DNA of 64,000 nucleotides, from the NCBI GenBank assembly GCA_051313645.2, contig JBNRSN020000470.1:248001-312000 (forward strand), read 5' to 3'. The position numbers and the translations under genes were made by a program. Position 1 is the stretch's first letter. Each line of letters starts with the position of its first letter. Source of the DNA: Centroscyllium fabricii (lineage: Eukaryota). Below the pieces are notes generated by a model. The model ran no database searches. It saw nothing but the letters and a program-made list of their open reading frames with translations, and was not told the origin of the DNA. Below, piece by piece: positions 56,101 through 64,000 of the stretch.

Positions 56101-59100
56101 TACTGGGGGTGATAATACCCGCCGTACTGGGGGAGATGGTACCCGCCGTACTGGGGGAGATAATACCCGCCGTACTGGGGGTGATAATACCCGCTGTACT
56201 GGGGGTGATAATACCCGCTGTACTGGGGGTGATAATACCCGCCGTACTGGGGGAGATAATACCCGCCGTACTGGGGGAGATAATAACTGCCGTACTGGGG
56301 GTGATAATACCCGCCGTACTGGGCGAGATGATACCTGCTGTACTAAGGGTGATAATACCCTCCGTACTGGGGGAGATAATACCTGCCGTACTGGGGGAGA
56401 TAATACCAGCCGTACTGGGGGAGATAATACCTGCCGTACTGGGGGAGATAATACCCACCGTACTGGGGGAGATAATACCCGCCGTACTGGGTGAGATAAT
56501 ACCCTCCGTACTGGGGGAGATAATACCTGCCGTACTGGGGGAGATAATACCCGCCGTACTGGGGGAGATAATACCCGCCGTACTGGGGGAGATAATACCC
56601 GCCGTACTGGGGGAGATAATACCCGCCGTACTGGGGGAGATAATACCCGCCGTACTGGGGGAGATAATACCCGCCGTACTGGGGGAGATAATACCCGCCG
56701 TACTGGGGGAGATAATACCCGCCGTACTGGGGGAGATAATACCCGCCGTACTGGGGGAGATAGTACCTGCCGTACTGGGGGAGATAGTACCTGCCGTACT
56801 GGGGGAGATAATACCCGCCGTACTGGGGGAGATAATACCCGCCGTACTGGGGGAGATAATACCCGCCTTACTTTGGGAGATAATACCTTCCGTACTGGGG
56901 GAGATAATACCTGTTGTACTGGGGGAGATAATACCCGCCGTACTGGGGAAGATAATACCTGACGTACTGTGGGAGATAGTACCTGCAGTACTCGGGGAGA
57001 TAATACTCGCCGTACTGGGTGAGATAATAGCCGCCGTACTGGGGGAGATACTACCCGCCGTACTGGGGGAGATACTCTCCGTCGTAGTGGGGGTGATGAT
57101 ACCTGCCGTACTGTAGGTGATAATACCCGCCGTACTGGGGTAGACAATACCCGCCGTACATGGGGTGATAATACCCGCCGTACTTGGGAGATAATACCCG
57201 CCGTACTGGGGGTGATAATACCTGCCGTACTGGGGGTGATAATACCTGCCGTACTGGGAGTTATAATACCTGACGTACTGGGGGAGATAATACCCGCCGT
57301 ACTGGGGGTGATAATACCCACCGTACTGGGGGTGATAATATCTCACATACTGGGGGAGATAATACCCGCCGTACTGGGATTATTGATAACCGCCGTACTG
57401 GGCGTGATAATACCTACCGTACTGGGAAAGATAATACCTGCCGTACTGGGGGAGATAATACCTGCCGTACTGGGGGAGATAATACCTGCCGTACTGGGGG
57501 AGATAATACTCGCCGTACTGGGTGAGATAATACCCGCCGTACTGGGGGAGATAATACCCGCCGTACTGGAGGAGATAATACCCGCCGTACTGGGGGAGAT
57601 AATATCCGCCGTAGTGGGGGTGATGATACCTGCCGTACTGGGGTTGATAATACCCGCCGTACTAGGGTAGATAATACCTGCCGTACATGGGGTGATAATA
57701 CCCGCCGTACTGGGGAGATAATACCCGCCGTACTGGGGGAGATAATACCCGCCGTACTGGGGGTGGTAATACCTGATGTACTGGGAGTGATAATACCTGC
57801 CGTACTGGGGGAGATAATACCCGCTGATTTGGGGGTGACAATACCCGCCGTACTGGGGGTGATAATACCTGATGTATTGGGAGTGATAATACCTGATGTA
57901 TTGGAAGTGATAATACCCGCCGTACTGGGGGTGATAATACCTGCCGTACTTGGGGTGATAAAACCCGCCGTACTGGGGGAGATAATACCCGCAGTACTGG
58001 GGGAGATAATACCCGCCGTACTGGGGGAGATAATACCCGCCGTACTGGGGGAGATAATACCCGCCGTACTGCGGGTGATAATACCCACCGTACTGGGGGT
58101 GATAATACCTCACGTACTGGGGGAGATAATACCCGCCGTACTGAGGTTGATAAAACCGCCGTACTGGGAGTGATAATACCTACCGTACTGGGAAAGATAA
58201 TACCTGCCGTACTGGGGGAGATAATACCTGCCGTACTGGGTGAGATAATACTCGCCGTACTGAGGGAGATAATACCCGCCGTACTGGGGGAGATAATACC
58301 CGCCGTACTGGAGGAGATAATACCCGCCGTGCTGGGGGAGATACTATCCGCCGTACATGGGGTGATAATACCCGCCGTACTTGGGAGATAATACCCGCCG
58401 TACTGGGGGTGGTAATACCTGCCGTACTGGGAGTTATAATACCTGACGTAGTGGGGGAGATAATAACCGACGTACTGGGAGTTATAATACCTGACGTAGT
58501 GGGGGAGATAATACCCGCCGTACTGGGGGTGGTAATACCTGCCGTACTGGGAGTTATAATACCTGACGTAGTGGGGGAGATAATAACCGACGTACTGGGA
58601 GTTATAATACCTGACGTACTGGGGGAGATAATACCCGCCGTACTGGGGGTGACAATACCTGATGTATTGGGAGTGATAATACCCGCCGTACTGGGGGTGA
58701 TAATACCCGCCGTACTGGGCGAGATGATACCTGCTGTACTAAGGGTGATAATACCCGCCGTACTGGGGGAGATAATACCCGCCGTACTGGGGGAGATAAT
58801 ACCCGCCGTACTGGGGGAGATAATACCCGCCGTACTGGGGGAGATAATACCCGCCGTACTGGGGGAGATAATACCCGCCGTACTGGGGGAGATAATACCC
58901 GCCGTACTGGGGGAGATAATACCCACCTTACTTTGGGAGATAATACCTTCCGTACTGGGGGAGATAATACCTGTTGTACTGGGGGAGATAATACCCGCCG
59001 TACTGGGGAAGATAATACCTGCTGTACTGCGGGAGATAATACCCGCCGTACTGGGGGAGATAATACCTGCCGCACTGGGGGAGATAATACCCGCCGTACT

Positions 59101-60900
59101 GGGGGAGATAATACCCGCCGTACTGGGGGTGGTAATACCTGCCGTACTGGGAGTTATAATACCTGACGTAGTGGGGGAGATAATAACCGACGTACTGGGA
59201 GTTATAATACCTGACGTACTGGGGGAGATAATAACCGCCGTACTGGGGGTGATGATACCTGTTGATTTGCGGGTGATAATACCCGCCGTACTGGTGGTGA
59301 CAATACCTGATGTATTGGGAGTGATAATACCCGCCGTACTGGGGGTGATAATACCCGCCGTACTGGGCGAGATGATACCTGCTGTACTAAGGGTGATAAT
59401 ACCCGCCGTACTGGGGGAGATAATACCTTCCGTACTGGGAGTGATAATACGTACCATATTGGAAGAGATAATACCTGCCGTAATGGGGGTGATAATACCT
59501 GCCATACTGGGGGTGATAATACCCACCGTACTGGGGGTGATAAAACCCACCGTACTGGGGGTGATAATACCAGCCGTACCGGGGGTGATTATACCCGCCC
59601 TACTGGGGGAGACAATATCTTCTGTACTGGGTGTGATAATAGCTGCCGTACTGGGACAGGAAATACCTGCCGTACTGGGGGTGATAATACCCGCCATACT
59701 GGGGGAGATAATAGCCGCCATACTGGGGGAGATACTACCCACCGTTCTGGGGGAGATTATACCCGCCGTACTGGGGGAGATAATACCTGCTGTACTGGGA
59801 GAAATAATACCCGCCGTACTGGGGGAGATAATACCTGCTGTACTGGGGGAGATAATACCGGCCGTGCTGGGGGTGATAATACCCGCCGTACTGGGGGAGA
59901 TAAAACCTGCCATACTGGGGGAGATAATACCCGCCGTACTGGGGGTGATAATACCCGCCGTACTGGGGGAGATAGTACCCGCCGTACTGGGGGAGATAAT
60001 ACCCGCCGTACTGGGGGAGATAATACCCGCTGTACTGGGGGTGATAATACCCGCCGTACTGGGGGAGATAATACCCGCCGTACTGGGGGAGATAATACCC
60101 GCCGTACTGGGGGAGATAATAACTGCCGTACTGGGGGTGATAATACCCGCCGTACTGGGCGAGATGATACCTGCTGTACTAAGGGTGATAATACCCTCCG
60201 TACTGGGGGAGATAATACCTGCCGTACTGGGGGAGATAATACCAGCCGTACTGGGGGAGATAATACCTGCCGTACTGGGGGAGATAATACCCGCCGTACT
60301 GGGTGAGATAATACCCTCCGTACTGGGGGAGATAATACCTGCCGTACTGGGGGAGATAATACCCGCCGTACTGGGGGAGATAATACCCGCCGTACTGGGG
60401 GAGATAATACCCGCCGTACTGGGGGAGATAATACCCGCCGTACTGGGGGAGATAATACCCGCCGTACTGGGGGAGATAATACCCGCCGTACTGGGGGAGA
60501 TAATACCCGCCGTACTGGGGGTGATAATACCCGCCGTACTGGGGGAGATAGTACCCGCCGTACTGGGGGAGATAATACCCGCTGTACTGGGGGAGATAAT
60601 ACCCGCTGTACTGGGGGTGATAATACCCGCCGTACTGGGGGAGATAATACCCGCCGTACTGGGGGAGATAATACCCTCCGTACTGGGGGAGATAATACCT
60701 GCCGTACTGGGGGAGATAATACCAGCCGTACTGGGGGAGATAATACCTGCCGTACTGGGGGAGATAATACCCGCCGTACTGGGTGAGATAATACCCTCCG
60801 TACTGGGGGAGATAATACCTGCCGTACTGGGGGAGATAATACCCGCCGTACTGGGGGAGATAATACCCGCCGTACTGGGGGAGATAATACCCGCCGTACT
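53190..60900. repeat. Higher-order duplications near the array end (~0.8 kb and ~3.1-3.2 kb periods)
   Basis: The variant ATCTCACATACT...GGGATTATTGATAACC occurs at ~53385, ~54200 and ~57340. ORF pairs: 53712/54503, 55006/58170, 55245/58409. Confidence 0.8.
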
Positions 60901-61085
60901 GGGGGAGATAATACCCGCCGTACTGGGGAAGATAATACTTGCCGTACTGGGGAGATAATACCTGCCGTTCCGGAGGGTGTGAGTGGATGATAATACTGGG
61001 ATTACTCTGTGTCCGTGCTGGTTCATATGGTGAGAATACACCTGGTGTAACTGGGATTACTCGATGTGCTTGTTTATAGAGTTAT

Positions 61086-61919
61086 GGGGGAAAAATTTAG
61101 TATCGTCCCATTTGGGGCGCGATTATTAGCAGTGCGCAAAGTTTAGCAGCTGGTTCTAATAATCACTTCCAACTGCAAACTTGGCTTTTATCGCCACAGA
61201 GTTGGTTGGAGCGGTAAATCAGGCGCTATACACCTCTCTTAAGGAACAAAGGCCGAGCAGCGAGGCGCTACCTCAGAGCGCTGGCGAAGCTCATGTGATG
61301 TCAGTCAGCAATGGAACACAGACACACTGGCGCCGGCCAGTTCTTAAAGGGGAGGGTCGATCTTGCTCTCCATCCACATCCTGCTCATTGCAGCCTTGAA
61401 TCTCTGCCTGGGGAGAAGCGCACATCCTATCTGCTGGGAAGAACAATGGAGAGACCCAGGGAAAAGCTCAGACTGCAGCCCCCACAGTCTCTTCTAAATC
61501 GATACAAGGAAGGGCAAATCAAAATGAACCTACAAATTGCTGCTCAGTACCCAAAATTCCTTCACACAGCCTTGAATCTCTACAGACGTCTGTCTCTCTC
61601 AATGCGTGGTGCAAAAATGTCACCAACAAAAAAAGGCAGGTAGCAGTCGCCTTTAAATAGCGCTCCCCCAGTCCCTTCCTGACTGCAAAACGCTCCCCTC
61701 AACTTGGCGTTGCTAGCGGCAGGTGGTAAGGCAGGGGTTGCCACTCAATATTCGGTCCGGGGCGTTGTATACTCGACTGACGTCACGATTTGCCGGCGCA
61801 GGAAATCGTGGTGGTAGTGTTTAGCGCCGCCGCAAAATGACTAGTTAATTTCATGAGCGCTGCAAATATCGCCATGCACAGGCGCTAGTTGCTTTGCGCC
61901 CCAACTGAGTTCTTTCCCC
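61086..61919. mobile_element. Non-autonomous DNA transposon (MITE-like, 834 bp), possibly PIF-Harbinger/ISL2EU group
   Basis: Imperfect terminal inverted repeats GGGGGAAAAATTTAGT vs GGGGAAAGAACTCAGT (12/16), then a shared TGGGGCGC after an 11-bp indel. Flanked by the direct repeat ATAGAGTTAT (61076-61085, 61920-61929). No transposase motif seen. Confidence 0.65.
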
Positions 61920-61920
61920 A

Positions 61921-62671
61921 TAGAGTTATATAGTACAGAAAGAGGCCCTTTGGCCTATCGTGTCCGCGCGGCCATAAAGCCCTGTCTATTCTAATCCCAT
62001 TTTCCAGCACTTGGTCCCTAGCCTTGTATGCTATGGCATTTCAAGTGCTCATCTAAATGCTTCTTGAATGTTGTGAGGGTTCCTGCCTCTACCACCCTTT
62101 CAGGCAGTGAGTTCCAGATTCCAACCACCCACTTGGTGCAAAAGTTTTTCCTCAAATCCCCTCTAAACCTCCTGCCCCTTATCTTGAAACTATGCCCCCT
62201 GGTTATTGACTCCTCTACTAAGGGGAAAGTTCCTTTCTATCTACCCTATCTATGCCCCTCATAATTTTGTACTCAGGTCCCCCTCAGCCTTCTCTGCTCT
62301 AAGGAAAACAACCCCAGCCTGTCCAGCCTCTCTGCATAGCTGAAGCGCTCCAGCCCAGGTAACATCCTGGTGAATTTTCTCTGCACCCTCTCCATCCTTC
62401 CTATGGTGTGGCGACCAGAACAGCACACAGTATTCCAGCTGTGGCCAAACTAGCATTTTGTACAGCCCTATCATAACTTCCCTGCCCTTATATTCTATGC
62501 CTTGGCTAATGAAGGCAAGTACCCCATATGCCTTTTTAACCACCTTATCTACCTGTCCTGCTGCCTTCAGGGATCTATGTACATGCACACCAAGGTCCCT
62601 CTGATCCTCTGTCCTTCCTAGGGTCCTACCATTCATTGTGTATTCCCTTGCCTTGTTAGCCCTCCCAAAAT
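61921..62671 (-). mobile_element. CR1-clade LINE, 3' part of ORF2 and 3' end (decayed)
   Basis: FGRANKAREY...QRDLGVHVHRSLK...QLEYCVLFWSPH, then (other frames) ERLDRLGLFSLEQRRLRGDL and WNSLPERVVEAGTLTTFKKHLD. It has frameshifts and an in-frame TAG, and an ATAGAGTT-type 8-bp tail. Confidence 0.95.
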
Positions 62672-62970
62672 AAAGAACATACGAAGTAGGAGCAGGCGTA
62701 GGCCATATGGCCCCTCGGGCCTGCTCCGCCATTCAGTTGGATCATGGCTGATCCGAACTTAGACTCACGTCCACTTCCAATTCAATTCAATTCAATTCAA
62801 TTTATTGTCATTGTAAAGTGAACATACACAATACAACGAAATGCAAACATGCAATCTCCCAAGATATTAAAATGTCCTTTAGTCCCAGTCTGATCCATTC
62901 CATCCCACCAGGACGACCCGGCGCTGCAGCCACGATGCTCCCGGTGTCGGTCACGCAGGCCCCGGCGCAC

Positions 62971-63038
62971 CGGCCCCCGACGGCCTCGCAGCTCCCAGCC
63001 CCCGACGGCCTCGCAGCTCCCGGCCCCCGACGGCCTCG
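62971..63038. repeat. 25-bp GC-rich tandem repeat, ~2.7 copies (GCCCCCGACGGCCTCGCAGCTCCCR)
   Basis: Units start at 62973, 62998 and 63023. Confidence 0.95.
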
Positions 63039-63182
63039 TTGCTCTCAGCATCCCGGCGCTCCGACCACGACGGCTTTGGTGCGTCAACACCGGTGCTCCG
63101 ACCCCGCCGTCCTCTCCAGGAACAGTGCAGGAACCAGGGACACCATCAATCTGGGAGACGCAAAGCCGCTGCGTCTATGCGC

Positions 63183-63194
63183 GCCGCCATCTTG
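63183..63194 (-). promoter_or_regulatory. YY1-consensus site (CAAGATGGCGGC) at the 5' end of the non-autonomous element
   Basis: Exact YY1 consensus within ~2 bp of the inferred 5' boundary, a position typical of LINE internal promoters. Function is untested. Confidence 0.5.
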
Positions 63195-63383
63195 TCTCCC
63201 TGCCTATTCCCCGTAACCCCTTATTCCCTTTGCGGCTAGGAAACTGTCTATCTCTGTTTTAAATTTACTTAATGTTGCAGCTTCCACAGCTCTCTGAGGC
63301 AGCAAATTCCATAGATTCAACTCTCTTACCCTCCAACTGAATTTGGAATTTAACCATGTTATGGTCACTCATACCAAGGGGAT

Positions 63384-63437
63384 TTGGCAACATAGGATCT
63401 TGTCATGCCAATAAAGCAATTTGAATTGAATTGAATT
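63384..63437 (+). mobile_element. 54-bp 5'-truncated LINE 3' tail (RTE-X-like)
   Basis: ...GTCATGCCAATAAAGCAAT(TTGAA)3TT, flanked by a GGAT duplication (63380-63383, 63438-63441). Removing it restores the CR1 endonuclease reading LKDPLGMSDH. Confidence 0.7.
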
Positions 63438-63639
63438 GGATCCTTAAGATAGAACTTACTGTTTTTAATAGTGTGAGCAGAATTATAATAATTCTTTAAG
63501 GGGTATTCTTTTGAGCTTTGAAAGCCAAACAGAGTAACAATGGCAGCTGGTACTTAAGGGAAGATTAATGGAGCACTTACAAAATACCTGTGGGATAAAA
63601 CTGGAGATCAAAAGAATTTTCACGGGATAGAAAAGCATA

Positions 63640-63788
63640 TGAGTGAAGCCCAAGCTCAGCGGGCAGGAACAGTGAGTGAAGCCCGAGCTCAGCGGGCAGG
63701 AGGCGGAGCCCAGCGGGCAGGAACAGTGAGTGAAGCCCGAGCTCAGCGGGCAGGAGGCGGAGCCCAGCGGGCAGGAACAGTGAGTGAA
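63640..63788. repeat. Composite tandem repeat (33 + 54 + 54 bp) built on the CAGCGGGCAGGA subunit
   Basis: TGAGTGAA occurs at 63640, 63673, 63727 and 63781; CAGCGGGCAGGA occurs five times. Confidence 0.93.
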
Positions 63789-63790
63789 AA

Positions 63791-64000
63791 AAAATGTATC
63801 ACCTCCCACTTTTCAGGGTTAAATTCCATTTGAAACTGTTCCGCCCATCTATCCAACCTGTCTATATCACCCTGTAACCTGAGGCTTCCCTCCTCACTAT
63901 TTACCATTCCACCAATTTTCGTGTCATCTGCAAATTTACTGATCATACCTCCTACATTAATATCTAAATCATTAATGTAAACTACAAACAGCAAAGGACC
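63791..64000 (-). mobile_element. CR1-clade LINE reverse-transcriptase core, upstream continuation of 61921-62671; runs off the right edge
   Basis: LFVVYINDLD...ISKFADDTKIGG...LQGDIDRLDRWAEQFQMEFNPEKWEVIHF contains the RT FADD motif and joins in frame to FGRANK at 62671. Confidence 0.96.

Larger units (their letters stand above)
1..60968. repeat. Satellite/giant minisatellite array, 24-bp unit GGGGGAGATAATACCCGCCGTACT, single orientation, continues off the left edge
   Basis: The 24-bp period is read directly throughout. Translations are 8-aa repeats (GGDNTRRT, EIIPAVLG, IISPSTAG, YYLPQYGG, VLSPPVRR). It is interrupted only by five short inserts and ends at ...ATAATACCTGCCGT (60968). Confidence 0.99.
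62779..63196 (-). mobile_element. ~418-bp non-autonomous retroelement with Rex1/Babar-like 3' tail
   Basis: (TTCAA)4 followed by TTTATTGTCATTG...ACAATACAACGA resembles the tail of the Rex insert at 32975. The far end has CAAGATGGCGGC on the minus strand. Possible TCC TSD; the host CR1 sequence rejoins across it. Confidence 0.7.
62672..63790 (-). mobile_element. Second, internally deleted CR1-like element nested in the first CR1's ORF2
   Basis: 3' end at 62672-62778 continuing at 63197-63320. An AP-endonuclease fragment (LKD|PLGMSDHNMVKFQIQLEG) lies at ~63321-63447, and a putative 5' region runs to 63790. AAAAT is duplicated at 62667-62671 and 63791-63795. Confidence 0.7.

Noticed and set aside
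128-60958. Hundreds of long ORFs (up to 1615 aa) of GGDNTRRT / IIPAVLGE / IISPSTAG / YYLPQYGG / VLSPPVRR repeats, resembling mucin, eggshell or antifreeze-like proteins
   Set aside because: The 24-bp unit lacks stops in 5 of 6 frames. ORFs overlap on both strands, switch peptide type at 22-, 23- and 25-bp units, and have no unique domains or signal peptide.
55245-60958. 623-aa and 849-aa ORFs staying open through diverged monomers, suggesting coding constraint
   Set aside because: Few single substitutions create stops in the EIIPAVLG frame, the antisense frame is equally open, and changes are freely non-synonymous.
1-60968. CRISPR array
   Set aside because: Units are head-to-tail with no unique spacers, no cas genes are present, and the context is eukaryotic TE-rich DNA.
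61181-61643. 72-aa and 110-aa ORFs inside the MITE-like element as transposase or Myb remnants
   Set aside because: They are short and show no DDE or Myb/SANT motif that I can recognise.
62028-63833. Short ORFs at 62028, 62797, 62818, 63039, 63483 and 63639
   Set aside because: They are antisense to CR1 ORF2, or arise from GC-rich and tandem-repeat sequence in TE fragments.

Overview
Eukaryotic, most likely elasmobranch (shark-like) DNA, inferred from the CR1, Penelope and Rex1/Babar repeat types. No host protein-coding gene is supported. Positions 1-~60968 are one uninverted array of a 24-bp unit (consensus GGGGGAGATAATACCCGCCGTACT, roughly 2,480 units by length). The unit is open in 5 of 6 frames, which explains nearly the whole ORF track. 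The array has nested higher-order duplications of about 0.8, 2.6, 3.2, 4.2 and 14-16 kb. It carries two trapped retroelement fragments that were copied with it: a 260-bp Penelope-type end with a minimal, core-mutated hammerhead ribozyme (3 copies) and a 330-bp Rex1/Babar LINE 3' end (2 copies). The last 3 kb is a nest of transposons. A decayed CR1 LINE has a MITE-like element in its tail and an internally deleted CR1 in its ORF2; that inner CR1 holds a short non-autonomous Rex-like element and a 54-bp LINE tail. Family assignments come from motif recognition, not database searches, and duplication boundaries were estimated by eye.
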